Part shown: one piece after another, positions 38,195-47,875 of the stretch
Layout of the letters: the number at the start of each line of letters is the position of its first letter
Position numbering within the stretch: the first letter of the stretch is position 1
DNA from: Novosphingobium sp. UBA6272
GTDB lineage: Bacteria > Pseudomonadota > Alphaproteobacteria > Sphingomonadales > Sphingomonadaceae
Assembly (NCBI RefSeq): GCF_002440635.1
Contig: NZ_DJUW01000006.1
Span: forward strand, 29,016 to 93,015
DNA: 64,000 bases
Direction: 5' to 3'
Notes under the pieces: generated by a model
Databases searched by the model: none
What the model was told of the DNA's origin: nothing
The model's input: only the letters and a program-made list of their open reading frames with translations
Position numbers and translations under genes: made by a program

Positions 38195-38210
38195 TTAATC
38201 GGACGATTAA
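38195..38210. promoter_or_regulatory. operator-like palindrome TTAATCGGACGATTAA (site S3)
   Basis: 7-bp perfect arms (TTAATCG/CGATTAA), 51 nt upstream of the FMO ATG. Confidence 0.6.
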
Positions 38211-38260
38211 ACATACTCGCCCGCAGCGGCCCGTCAGTGGCCCAGGGAGAGTCGAGAACG

Positions 38261-39640
38261 ATGGTCCACAATCCGGCTCTGCCGCGCGTCTGCATCATCG
38301 GGGCCGGCTGCTCCGGTTTCACCACGGCCAAGCGGCTCAAGGACTTCGGCATTCCCTTCGACGTCTATGAGGCGTCGGACGATATCGGCGGGACCTGGTA
38401 CTACAACAATCCCAACGGGATGAGCGCCTGCTATCAGAGCCTGCACATCGACACCTCGAAGTGGCGGCTGGCGTTTGAGGACTATCCGGTCCCGGCCGAC
38501 TGGCCCGACTATCCGCACCATTCGCTGCTGCTGCAGTACTTCCACGATTACGTCGATCACTTCGGCCTGCGCGAACACATCCGCTTCAATACCCGGGTTG
38601 AAAAGGCGGAGCGCAAGGCCGGCGGCGGCTGGGCGATTACGCTCTCAACCGGCGAGGTGAAGCACTACGATGCCCTGGCGGTCGCCAACGGCCATCACTG
38701 GGCGGCGCGGATTCCGGACTATCCCGGCCATTTCGATGGCGCCCAGATCCACAGCCACAATTACCGCACCCCGTTCGAACCGGTGAACTGCATCGGCAAG
38801 CGGGTGCTGGTGGTCGGCCTGGGCAATTCGGCGATGGACGTTGCGAGCGAGCTGTCGCAGCGGCCGATGGCCGAAAAGCTGTTCGTTTCGGCCCGCCGAG
38901 GCGTGTGGATATTCCCAAAGTACTACCGCGGCCAGCCGCTCGACAAGAACCCGGCCCCGGCCTGGCTGCCCAAGTCGGTCAAGCAATGGCTCGGCGCGCG
39001 GATGATCAAGGGGCTGGTCGGCAAGATGAGCGATTACGGCCTGCCCGAGCCGGAAATCGGCCCGTTCGAAAGCCACGGCACCGTTTCGGGCGAGTTCCTG
39101 GTCCGCGCGGGTTCGGGCGACATCACGATGAAGGGCGGAATCGAGCGGCTGGACGGCAAGGAAGTGGTATTCAGCGACGGCAGCCGCGAGGCGATCGACG
39201 TGATCGTCTGGGCGACCGGTTATGACATCAGCTTCCCGTTCTTCGATGAACCAAGCTTCAAGGCCGATGCCGATAACCGCCCGCCGCCGCTGTACAAGCG
39301 GATCCTGAAGCCGGGGGTGCCCGACCTGTTCTACATGGGGCTGGCCCAACCGCTGCCGACGCTGGTCAACTTTGCCGAGCAGCAGAGCAAGCTGGTTGCG
39401 GCCTATCTGGCCGGACAGTACCTGCCGCCCGAACCGGCCGAAATGGAACGCGTGATCCAGGCCGACGAGGACTATTACACCGGCCAGTATTATGCCGCGC
39501 GGCGCCACACGATCCAGCTCGATTTCGATCACTACGTTCGCGCGCTGAAGAAGGAGCTGGCGCAGGGCGCCAAGCGTGCTGCGGCGGCTGGTAACGCACC
39601 GCCGGTCCAGCCTCGCGACGCAGAGGAGATTGCCGCATGA
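38261..39640 (+). CDS. flavin-containing monooxygenase (class B)
   Basis: 'GAGCSG' FAD motif, 'FDGAQIHSHNYR' (FxGxxxHxxxY/F FMO fingerprint) and 'GLGNSAMD' NADPH motif. A GGGAGAG RBS precedes ATG 38261. Confidence 0.85.
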   Translation: MVHNPALPRVCIIGAGCSGFTTAKRLKDFGIPFDVYEASDDIGGTWYYNNPNGMSACYQSLHIDTSKWRLAFEDYPVPADWPDYPHHSLLLQYFHDYVDHFGLREHIRFNTRVEKAERKAGGGWAITLSTGEVKHYDALAVANGHHWAARIPDYPGHFDGAQIHSHNYRTPFEPVNCIGKRVLVVGLGNSAMDVASELSQRPMAEKLFVSARRGVWIFPKYYRGQPLDKNPAPAWLPKSVKQWLGARMIKGLVGKMSDYGLPEPEIGPFESHGTVSGEFLVRAGSGDITMKGGIERLDGKEVVFSDGSREAIDVIVWATGYDISFPFFDEPSFKADADNRPPPLYKRILKPGVPDLFYMGLAQPLPTLVNFAEQQSKLVAAYLAGQYLPPEPAEMERVIQADEDYYTGQYYAARRHTIQLDFDHYVRALKKELAQGAKRAAAAGNAPPVQPRDAEEIAA

Positions 39641-40848
39641 CTGCCCGTGCCCTGACCCCGGTCGATCTCAGTGACGCCGCGCTCTTTACCGAGGACCGCT
39701 GGCGCGAACCCTTCGCGCAGCTGCGCGGCGAGGCACCGGTATCCTGGCGTGAGGACAGTCCCTATGGTGGCTATTGGTCGGTGGTCAGCCACCAGCTGAT
39801 CCAGGATGTCGAGCTCGATACGGCAACCTATTCCTCGCAGATCGGCAATATCACCATCGCAGACGGCGTGGCCGGATCCGAGTTTCCCAACTTCATCGCG
39901 ATGGATCCGCCGCGCCATACCGAACAGCGCCGGGTGGTGGCCGCAGCCTTTACCCCCAGCCAGATGCAGAAGCGCGAGCGTCAGGTGCGCGCGCGGACCA
40001 AGGAACTGTTCGATGCGCTGCCGGTGGGCAAGACCTTCGACTGGGTGGCCGAAGTCTCGATCCCGACCACCATCGCAATGCTGGCGATCGTGCTCGACTT
40101 CCCGTGGGACGAGCGGATGTCGTTACGCAAATGGTCGGACATGGCGAGCAATGTCTCGCCCGAGGTGATGACCGAAGAATATTCGGCCCAGTTCTTCGCC
40201 GAAATGGGGGTGATGCTGGCCCGCTTCGATGCCCTGCTCGAAGCGCGTCGGCTGGAGGAGCCGGCCGATGACCTGCTCAGCCGGATGATCCATTCCGAAG
40301 CCATGGGCAATCTCACCGCGCTGGAACGCATTGCCAATATCGCGCTGCTGATCGTCGGCGGGAACGATACCACCCGCAACTCGATCAGCGGCTTTGTCGA
40401 AGCGCTGCACAGGTATCCCGACCAGCTTGCGCGGCTGCGCGCCGATCCATCGCTGATCCCCAATGCCGCACAGGAAATCATCCGTTGGCAAAGCCCGGTT
40501 ACCCACATGCGTCGGACCATGACCCGCGATGTCGAACTGGCCGGGCAGAGCCTCAAGGCCGGGGAGAAGAACGTGCTGTGGTACCTCGCCGCCAACCGAG
40601 ATGAGACGGTGTTCGGCGATGCCGAGCGCTTCGACGTCGGCCGCGAGAATGCTCGCCGGCACCTCGGTTTCGGCCACGGTATCCACCGCTGCGTCGGGGC
40701 GCGACTGGCCGAAATCCAGATCTGCACGGTGATCGAGGAGATCATCGAGCGCGGTTGGCGGATTGTGCCGCAGGAAGCTCCCAGCCGGCTCGCCAGCCCG
40801 TTCCTTCACGGCATCACCGCCTATCCGGTGCGGATCGAACCGGCGTGA
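39637..40848 (+). CDS. cytochrome P450
   Basis: Heme loop 'FGHGIHRCVGARLA' and 'GGNDTT' I-helix. ATGA overlap with the FMO stop. Confidence 0.9.
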   Translation: MTARALTPVDLSDAALFTEDRWREPFAQLRGEAPVSWREDSPYGGYWSVVSHQLIQDVELDTATYSSQIGNITIADGVAGSEFPNFIAMDPPRHTEQRRVVAAAFTPSQMQKRERQVRARTKELFDALPVGKTFDWVAEVSIPTTIAMLAIVLDFPWDERMSLRKWSDMASNVSPEVMTEEYSAQFFAEMGVMLARFDALLEARRLEEPADDLLSRMIHSEAMGNLTALERIANIALLIVGGNDTTRNSISGFVEALHRYPDQLARLRADPSLIPNAAQEIIRWQSPVTHMRRTMTRDVELAGQSLKAGEKNVLWYLAANRDETVFGDAERFDVGRENARRHLGFGHGIHRCVGARLAEIQICTVIEEIIERGWRIVPQEAPSRLASPFLHGITAYPVRIEPA

Positions 40849-41708
40849 ACGCGCCCTATGCGACCATGCTGGTCGAGCAGGAAGGCCCGATCCTGTGGGT
40901 CCGGCTCAACCGGCCCGAAGTTCTCAACGCCTATACCAGCCAGATGGGAGCCGAGCTGGTCCGCGCGATCCGCCAGGCCGATGGCGATGACAGCGTCAAG
41001 GTGGTGGTCTTGACGGGGACTGGCCGGGTGTTTTGCGCTGGGGCCGACGTCTCGGCCGGGGCGGGGGCATTCGATACCGAAAGCGGGGAAGGGGCCAAGA
41101 ACTTCGGCAGCCGCGATGGCAAGCGCGAGAATTCGAACTTCGTCGGGGCGATGATGGACAGCGTCAAGCCGCTGCTGGTCGCCTACAACGGCTCGGCCGC
41201 CGGGGTCGGGCTGACCCTGACCCTCCCGTGCGATATCCGCATCGCGGCAGACAACGCGAAGTTCGGCTGCGTCTTCACCCGCCGTGGACTGGTGCCCGAA
41301 GCCGGCTCGGCCTGGTTCCTGCCGCGGCTGGTCGGGCTAGCCACCGCGCTCAAGTGGTGCATGACCGGGGCGCTGGTTCCGGCCAAGGAGGCGCTCGCCG
41401 CCGGGCTGGTCAGCGAGCTGGTCCCGCCCGAGGCGGTCGAAAGCCGCGCCCGCGAACTGGCGCTGGAGATCGCCGCCAATTGCTCGCCCGTGGCGCTGGC
41501 GCTGACCCGGCGGATGCTGTGGCACTTCTCGGCGCAGGATGGACCCGAAGGCGCGCTTTCGGTCGATGCCCCGCTCAACATCGCGCTTGGCGCACGCGGC
41601 GACGTTCACGAAGGCGTGGCGGCCTTCCTTGAGAAACGCAGCCCGCAGTTCCCGCTTTCGGTCAACGCCGACCTGCCGGCAACCCCATGGTACTCGCCGC
41701 GGACCTAG
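40845..41708 (+). CDS. enoyl-CoA hydratase/isomerase family protein
   Basis: Crotonase fold ('VLTGTGRVFCAGADV'). GTG 40845 overlaps the P450 stop (GTGA). ATG 40866 is an alternative start. Confidence 0.8.
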   Translation: MNAPYATMLVEQEGPILWVRLNRPEVLNAYTSQMGAELVRAIRQADGDDSVKVVVLTGTGRVFCAGADVSAGAGAFDTESGEGAKNFGSRDGKRENSNFVGAMMDSVKPLLVAYNGSAAGVGLTLTLPCDIRIAADNAKFGCVFTRRGLVPEAGSAWFLPRLVGLATALKWCMTGALVPAKEALAAGLVSELVPPEAVESRARELALEIAANCSPVALALTRRMLWHFSAQDGPEGALSVDAPLNIALGARGDVHEGVAAFLEKRSPQFPLSVNADLPATPWYSPRT

Positions 41709-42562
41709 AAGCTGTAGGACAGTCCGGCCACGGCAAAGACCTGGCTGGCGCTGCCCGCGTCGCGCACGATCGGGCTATCCGCGAACTGGCCGAGCAGGCG
41801 TTTGTAGTTCGCCAGTCCGAACAGTCCCAGCCCCTTGCGCGGGTTGCCGCCCAGATCATGGGTATAGAGCAGCGATCCGCCCAGGCTCTTCCAGCCGGCG
41901 CCGGTCGTCGCATAGGGGGCCAGCGTGTTGCCCGGGGCGACATCGAAATAGGTCCGGGCATAGCCCTTGCCGACGTAGTCCGCCGAGATGCCCAGCCGGG
42001 CAAAACTGCGTTGCGATACCGGCGAGCTCAGCGACAGCGCCGGGGTGACGATATAGCTTTTGTGCGCCCCGGCCATGTCATGCAGGAAGGTCACGTCGAA
42101 GTTGAGGCTGGCCGGCGGGATCAGCACTCCGCGCTTGCCGATCCCGGCGGTCAGACCCACTTCGACCGCAGTCTTGCGCTCACCCAGCTGGGCAACGCGG
42201 GGATCCTCGATCCCGTTGCTCCGGTCGAGCCGCAACTGCACCACCGGGCCGAGCACCAGCCGGGTCTTGCTGCCCGGCTTGTCCGGCACGAAATCGGTAT
42301 AGAGGTTAAGCCCGCGCATCTGGAACTCGACCCCGGAAACCCGGCCCTGAAAGATCCCGCCGGGTTGCAGCTCGTAATCGTCGGAGCCTTCGTAATCGGG
42401 CGCGATGCCCATGCCGAAGCCCACGGTCACCCGGTCGCTGCCATCGTCACGCATCCCGGCGGGCGGGCCGGATGGCGGACCAGCGGGTGGACCTTCCTGC
42501 GCGAATGCGGGCGTGGCGCCAAGCAAGGCGGCGGGCAGCAGGGCGGCGCGGATCAAGAACAT
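41705..42562 (-). CDS. MipA/OmpV family outer-membrane protein
   Basis: Signal peptide and terminal 'AGLSYSF' beta-barrel signature. Confidence 0.75.
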   Translation of the reverse strand: MFLIRAALLPAALLGATPAFAQEGPPAGPPSGPPAGMRDDGSDRVTVGFGMGIAPDYEGSDDYELQPGGIFQGRVSGVEFQMRGLNLYTDFVPDKPGSKTRLVLGPVVQLRLDRSNGIEDPRVAQLGERKTAVEVGLTAGIGKRGVLIPPASLNFDVTFLHDMAGAHKSYIVTPALSLSSPVSQRSFARLGISADYVGKGYARTYFDVAPGNTLAPYATTGAGWKSLGGSLLYTHDLGGNPRKGLGLFGLANYKRLLGQFADSPIVRDAGSASQVFAVAGLSYSF

Positions 42563-42642
42563 GACTTTACAGTACTCCAGAAGTCGCCCCACAGCGGCGA
42601 TATAGGGCAAGGAGCCAAACGCTCAACGGTACGAAAGGACAG

Positions 42643-43632
42643 GTGGCGGACATGACCTACAAACTCTTCGGTGCGCTCGGTTCGCCCTATTCGCAAAAGC
42701 TGCGCGCGCTGCTGCGCTATCGCCGGATCCCGCATCTGTGGATCGACGGGACGGCGACGCGCGAGGCGCTGGGCCAGGTCCGCGCCCCGGTGATCCCGGT
42801 GCTTCAGTATCCCGACGGGCATTTCGACAATGACAGCACCCCGGTGATCTACGACCTCGAAGCGCGTCATGCCGAGCGGCGGGTGGTGCCGGATGATCCC
42901 GCCCAGGCCTTCATTGCTCACCTGCTGGAAGATTTTGCCGATGAATGGCTGACCAAGGCGATGTTCGGTTACCGCTGGCTGCAGGAAGTCGATCAGATCC
43001 AGATGAGCCGCTGGCTGGCCTTCGACAACCTCAAGGGCGGCGGGCTGGAGGTGAGCCAGAAATTCGCGGCGATGTTCCGCGATCGGCAAGTCTCGCGGAT
43101 GGCGCTGGTCGGCTGTACGGCCGAGAACTTCCCGCTGATCGAGGCCAGCACCCGCGCCGTGCTGGCGGCGCTGGAAGAGCATGTAGTGAACCGCCATTGC
43201 CTGTTCGGGACCCGGCCGAGCCTGGCCGAATTTGGCATCTTCGGCCAGCTGTCGCAGCTTGGCACCGATCCTACGGCGCAGGCGATGATGCGGGCCGACT
43301 ATCCCTATACCTATCGTTGGCTGGCCCATATCGATGACATGAGCGGGCTGGAGGGCGAATGGGAGCCTGGCTTCGCCGCGGTCGTTGCGGAACTGGTCCG
43401 GATCGCGGGCGAGGTCTACGTCCCGTTCCTGCACGCCAATGAGCAGGCGGCCGAAGCTGGAGCGGAAACGTTTCGGATGGAGGCGATGGGGTTGCCCTAT
43501 GAGCAGGGCGTGTTCAAATACCAGCTCAAATGCTTGCGCGAACTGCGCAGCCGCCTCGCCGCGCTGGACGGCGCGGCACGGGCCCAGGTCGATCCGCTGA
43601 TCGGCCCGGCCTGGCTTGGGCTGCTGGCCTAG
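42643..43632 (+). CDS. glutathione S-transferase family protein
   Basis: Thioredoxin-like N-terminus 'KLFGALGSPYSQKLRALL' and a helical C-terminal domain. Confidence 0.7.
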   Translation: MADMTYKLFGALGSPYSQKLRALLRYRRIPHLWIDGTATREALGQVRAPVIPVLQYPDGHFDNDSTPVIYDLEARHAERRVVPDDPAQAFIAHLLEDFADEWLTKAMFGYRWLQEVDQIQMSRWLAFDNLKGGGLEVSQKFAAMFRDRQVSRMALVGCTAENFPLIEASTRAVLAALEEHVVNRHCLFGTRPSLAEFGIFGQLSQLGTDPTAQAMMRADYPYTYRWLAHIDDMSGLEGEWEPGFAAVVAELVRIAGEVYVPFLHANEQAAEAGAETFRMEAMGLPYEQGVFKYQLKCLRELRSRLAALDGAARAQVDPLIGPAWLGLLA

Positions 43633-43744
43633 GGCAAGCGTTTCTGCAAGTGATTCTCAAAGAGTTCCGAGCGCTTGCGCCCGCTTCCCCCCTTGGCAAG
43701 CCACTGCGTGGGCAGTTAGGATCGCCGCGTATGAAAGGGGCCTG

Positions 43745-44902
43745 ATGGGCGATCTGCTGAGCACCGCCGATTTCAGTGCGGTTGTTTCCGATATCTACGA
43801 AGCCTCGCTCTCGCCGGCCCATTGGGATCTGGCGCTAACCGGGCTGGTCAGCCGGTTCGGACCGCCGCGCTGGGACGTGGCGATGCTGGTGTGGGAACGG
43901 CTCGATCCGGGCGGCGGGCGGTTCGTGGCCAGCGCCGGGGTCAACGACATGGCCCGCGCGGTCTATCTCCAGCATTTTGCCGGGCGCAACGAATGGTCGG
44001 TCCGCGGCCATGATCTGGCGATCGGCAGTCTGGTTCATTCCGACCATCTGATCGACCGGGCCGATTTTCTCCAGACCTCGTTCTCGCGCGAGTTTCTGGG
44101 CCTGTTCGGCATGGAAGTTGGTCTGATCGGCGCGCTCGACAAGCATGGCCGCGATCACCTCGGGCTGTGCCTGCCGGGCCCCGACGCCGGATCGACCGAA
44201 ATGCTGCAGGAAGCGGTGCGGCTATGCCTGCCCCACGTCCAGCGAGCAGTTCGGATCGCGCGGCGGATCGGTGAGGCAGAGCTGGGCCAGGCCCGCTCGA
44301 CATCCGCTCTCGACCTTGCGCCGTCACCGGTGCTGATGCTGACCGAGCGGTTCGAACTGGCTTTCGCCAATGCCGCCGGCAAGGCACTGATCGAAAGCTA
44401 CCGGTTGGAAAATGGCGGAAAGCTTCGGCTTGGCCCCGCAGCGCTGCATGAGGACCTTTCCCGGCTGCTCGATCCTGCCGCCAAGGCCCATTGCCGCCCA
44501 TTCCGATTGGCCCAGGGCACGCCCAGCGAGCGCGCAGCGATGGCGATGCGGGTCGATCCCGACCGGATCCATGGCGCCCGGACCGAAAGCGGGGTGGCGC
44601 GGTTGATGATCGTCGCTGCGCACAATCCGGCGGTAACCGAAGAACACATCGACCGGCTGCGCGACTGGTTTGGCCTTACCCACGCCGAAGCGCGGCTGAC
44701 CGCGCTGCTTGCTGACGGCGGTTCGACCGAGGACTATTGCCAGCTGCGCGGGGTATCGGCCAATGCCGCGCGGTTCCTGCTCAAGGGGATCTTCGCCAAG
44801 ACCGGGGTCAACCGCCAGGCCCAGCTGGTCCGGATGGTCAGTCAGGCTCCGCTGTTCTGGGCGCGCGAATTGCCCACTGGGGATCTGCCCGCACCGATTT
44901 GA
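43745..44902 (+). CDS. LuxR-family transcriptional regulator
   Basis: C-terminal 'LTHAEARLTALLADGGSTEDYCQLRGVSANAARFLLKGIFAKTG' HTH. Start at ATG 43745. Confidence 0.7.
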   Translation: MGDLLSTADFSAVVSDIYEASLSPAHWDLALTGLVSRFGPPRWDVAMLVWERLDPGGGRFVASAGVNDMARAVYLQHFAGRNEWSVRGHDLAIGSLVHSDHLIDRADFLQTSFSREFLGLFGMEVGLIGALDKHGRDHLGLCLPGPDAGSTEMLQEAVRLCLPHVQRAVRIARRIGEAELGQARSTSALDLAPSPVLMLTERFELAFANAAGKALIESYRLENGGKLRLGPAALHEDLSRLLDPAAKAHCRPFRLAQGTPSERAAMAMRVDPDRIHGARTESGVARLMIVAAHNPAVTEEHIDRLRDWFGLTHAEARLTALLADGGSTEDYCQLRGVSANAARFLLKGIFAKTGVNRQAQLVRMVSQAPLFWARELPTGDLPAPI

Positions 44903-44984
44903 ACCGGCCCTACCCGTTGGGGTAGGGTGGCCGCCCCCGAATTCGGACAGGACGGCTTGGTGCAACCCGTCAGGAGTCCGGTTC

Positions 44985-45917
44985 ATGCCCAAATCTTTCA
45001 AAGGCCACGGTGTCAGCATTGTCTTTGCCGTTTCGGCCGTTCTGTTGCCCTCAATGCTGCTGGCCGGGCCGTTCGCCGGTCCGGAACTGTGGACCGATCC
45101 AGCCCCCGGCTTCCACCAGATCAGGGCCGAGGGAACCAGTCTCTGCGTGCAGCGGGTCGGCGGGGCGATCCGCACCCAGTTGCCCCACCTTGAACTGCAG
45201 AACTGCGATACCAGCCTGTTCGATCAGCAAATCGAAATGGCCCCCAGCGGCGTGCTTACCAGTCCGCCGCTGGGGGCCACGCCGGTCACCTGGCGAATGA
45301 TGACCCGCGAAAAATGCCTGACTGCGGCGCGCGGCGTGGTGTTCGGCGCGCCGGCGGTGGATGAACTGACCTGCGATCAGGTCTCCAGCAGTTCACGCCC
45401 GACCCTGTTCGGCGCGGCCGACCAGACCTGGTCGCTGGTCCGGGTGCCCACGCCGGGCCATGTCCTGATCGCGGGCGGCGACCGACGCTGCTGGACCGCG
45501 CAGGGCGGCGAAGCACGAGCCGGGGTGCAGCTGGTGATGGAACCCTGCGGCTCGTCGCGGGGGCAGAGCTTCAAGGTCGGTCCAGTCGCAGGCGACGTCA
45601 GCACTGTCTTCAACGTGCCTGCCGCCGAACAGTTCGGCTGGCAGCGCCTGACCAGACCGCTGCCAGCCGGGGTCGCCCGGTTCCGTTCCATGCCGGCGCA
45701 AAACCTGCCATCGGGCGACTATACCCAAGGGATCGCGACCGCCAACGATCAGGGCGCGGCCTGCGCCCAGGCCTGCGCCGACGATGCGCAGTGCCGCGGC
45801 TTTACCTGGGTCGATCCGCGCGCCCGGGGCGGGACGCCGATGTGCTACAAAAAGAACACGCTGAATTCCCCGGTTGCGGACAATTTCACCCAATCGGGGA
45901 TTGTCCGCCCCGGCTGA
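44985..45917 (+). CDS. secreted protein with C-terminal PAN/Apple-like domain
   Basis: Signal peptide from ATG 44985. The C-terminal 'CAQACADDAQCRGFTWVDP...MCYKKN' is PAN-like. Confidence 0.55.
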   Translation: MPKSFKGHGVSIVFAVSAVLLPSMLLAGPFAGPELWTDPAPGFHQIRAEGTSLCVQRVGGAIRTQLPHLELQNCDTSLFDQQIEMAPSGVLTSPPLGATPVTWRMMTREKCLTAARGVVFGAPAVDELTCDQVSSSSRPTLFGAADQTWSLVRVPTPGHVLIAGGDRRCWTAQGGEARAGVQLVMEPCGSSRGQSFKVGPVAGDVSTVFNVPAAEQFGWQRLTRPLPAGVARFRSMPAQNLPSGDYTQGIATANDQGAACAQACADDAQCRGFTWVDPRARGGTPMCYKKNTLNSPVADNFTQSGIVRPG

Positions 45918-45975
45918 GCTTCCTGATCAAGGTTCGTCCGCCACCATTTGCGACCCTGCGTGGCGGGCGGGATCT

Positions 45976-46011
45976 GCCGGAAGAGCGCCGAGTCGTTCTT
46001 CCGGCATTTTT
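45976..46011 (+). terminator. Rho-independent terminator
   Basis: GCCGGAAGA..TCTTCCGGC stem followed by ATTTTTG, 59 nt after the stop at 45917. Confidence 0.65.
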
Positions 46012-46139
46012 GTCCAATTGCTACAAGCCAAAGTCGTGCATTCAGGCTAGCGCAACGCTTGAAGCGCGACGGCTATGACGGCATTACTGTCATGACCGCC
46101 GTTCAACGCAGACAGGCGGCATATGATTTGGAGCGAAAA

Positions 46140-47504
46140 ATGATCGTGCGGGGCAAATATCGTCTGGGCTTTGGCCTTTCGATGGCACTGGGGCTGACTT
46201 CGGCAGTGGCCTATGCTGCCGTTCAACCGGAGAATATCCTGCCCAGCCCGGCCGCTTCGCCGACCGTGACCCCTGCGCCGACCGCAATGCCTGCACCGGC
46301 GCCGACCATTCCGGTTCAGGTGCCGATCGACGAACCGAAAATCAGCTGGAGCGTCGACGATGCCCGCTCGCTGCTCGGTGTGATCGAGGGGATCGATGCC
46401 GACGGCCTGATCCCGGCCGATTATCAGCCCGCGGCATTGCGCACCGCCATTGCGGGCGGAGCCGGGGCCGCGTTGGACGCCCAGGCCAGCAAATCGTTTG
46501 CCTGGCTGATCGAAGACATGCGCGACGGGCGAACCCGGATGGAATCGCGTTTGCAATGGTTCGTGGTCGATACCGATGTCGAAAAGAGCCCGACCTCGGC
46601 GGTGATGGCCAAGGCGCTGGCCAGCCGCGACATTCCTGGCGCGGTGGCCGATCTGGCACCGACCGCGCCTGACTATGCCACGCTCAAGGGCTTGCTCGCG
46701 GTCACCCCGCGGACCGAAAAGGCCAAGCGCAACCTGATCCGGATCAACATGGACCGCTGGCGCTGGCTGCAGCGCGATCTTGGCAAGTTCTATCTGCTGA
46801 CCAATGTGCCCGAATTCCAATTGCGGCTGACGGTCGATAACTCGATCATCCGCTCGTACCGCACGATCGTCGGCAAGGTCGGCAAGACCGCCACCCCGCA
46901 GCTCGCCGAAGTGGTCGAAGGCGTGGTCTTCAACCCGACCTGGACGGTTCCGCAATCGATCGTCAAGGGCGAAGGGCTGGGCGCGCGGCTCTATGGCAAT
47001 CCGGCCCAGGCAGCCCGCGAAGGCTACAAGGTGACCAAGTCCAAGGACGGAACCTATACCGTGGTCCAGCAGCCCGGCCCCAAGAACGCGCTCGGCTTCG
47101 TCAAGCTCGACATGCCAAACGAGCATGCGATCTTCATCCACGATACCCCTTCGCGCGGGCTGTTCGGCAATGCCTATCGCGCGCTCAGCCATGGCTGTGT
47201 GCGGACCGAGCGGGCGATCGAACTGGGCATGACCATGGGGATCCTGGGCGCGGGCAAGTCGACCGACGAGATGGTCGGGATCGTCAAGTCCGGGGTCTAT
47301 ACCCGGGTCCCGATGACCAAGACTTTCCCGATTTATATCATGTACTTCACCATGGCGACCGACATCAACGGCAAGATGGGCACTTTCGCCGATCTGTACC
47401 AGCGCGATGCCCCGGTGCTGGCCAGCTTCGCCGCGCCGCGCAAGCCCTGGGACGGCAAGCGCAAGAGCACCGAAAAGGTGATCAAGCTCGACAATCCGCT
47501 GTAA
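46140..47504 (+). CDS. YcbB-type L,D-transpeptidase
   Basis: 'HDTP...LSHGCVR' catalytic motif. Start at ATG 46140 (alternative 46092). Confidence 0.8.
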   Translation: MIVRGKYRLGFGLSMALGLTSAVAYAAVQPENILPSPAASPTVTPAPTAMPAPAPTIPVQVPIDEPKISWSVDDARSLLGVIEGIDADGLIPADYQPAALRTAIAGGAGAALDAQASKSFAWLIEDMRDGRTRMESRLQWFVVDTDVEKSPTSAVMAKALASRDIPGAVADLAPTAPDYATLKGLLAVTPRTEKAKRNLIRINMDRWRWLQRDLGKFYLLTNVPEFQLRLTVDNSIIRSYRTIVGKVGKTATPQLAEVVEGVVFNPTWTVPQSIVKGEGLGARLYGNPAQAAREGYKVTKSKDGTYTVVQQPGPKNALGFVKLDMPNEHAIFIHDTPSRGLFGNAYRALSHGCVRTERAIELGMTMGILGAGKSTDEMVGIVKSGVYTRVPMTKTFPIYIMYFTMATDINGKMGTFADLYQRDAPVLASFAAPRKPWDGKRKSTEKVIKLDNPL

Positions 47505-47511
47505 GGCTGGG

Positions 47512-47874
47512 TCAGCCGGCCGCGCAGCTCTCAAGCTGTGCGGTCTCGCCCGCAGTCAGTGCGCCGCCTTTTCCGGTCCACGCCCGGATCGCATGTCCGC
47601 TCCCGCGCGGTTCGATCCGCACCACGATCCCGCGAGCCGGATCGGTGAAATGGTTCTCGGCCATGATGGTCAGCTTGAGCCCGCCTTCGGGGCGGTGAAC
47701 CAGGCAACCGAGCAGGTCCTTGACCGGGCGCTGGCTGGGCGCATCGAAGGCGGCGACCTTGCCGTTCAGCTCGTGCCCGCTGGTCCAGGCCTTCCACAGG
47801 AACGGCGCAGAAAGCAGCAGGCCGCCCAGCAGCAGCACCCCGATCAGGGCGCGGCGGGATTGATTCTGGTTCAA
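47512..47874 (-). CDS. small membrane-anchored hypothetical protein
   Basis: A TTG start directly follows the upstream stop. One TM segment ('LIGVLLLGGLLLSAPFL'). Confidence 0.4.
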   Translation of the reverse strand: MNQNQSRRALIGVLLLGGLLLSAPFLWKAWTSGHELNGKVAAFDAPSQRPVKDLLGCLVHRPEGGLKLTIMAENHFTDPARGIVVRIEPRGSGHAIRAWTGKGGALTAGETAQLESCAAG

Positions 47875-47875
47875 A

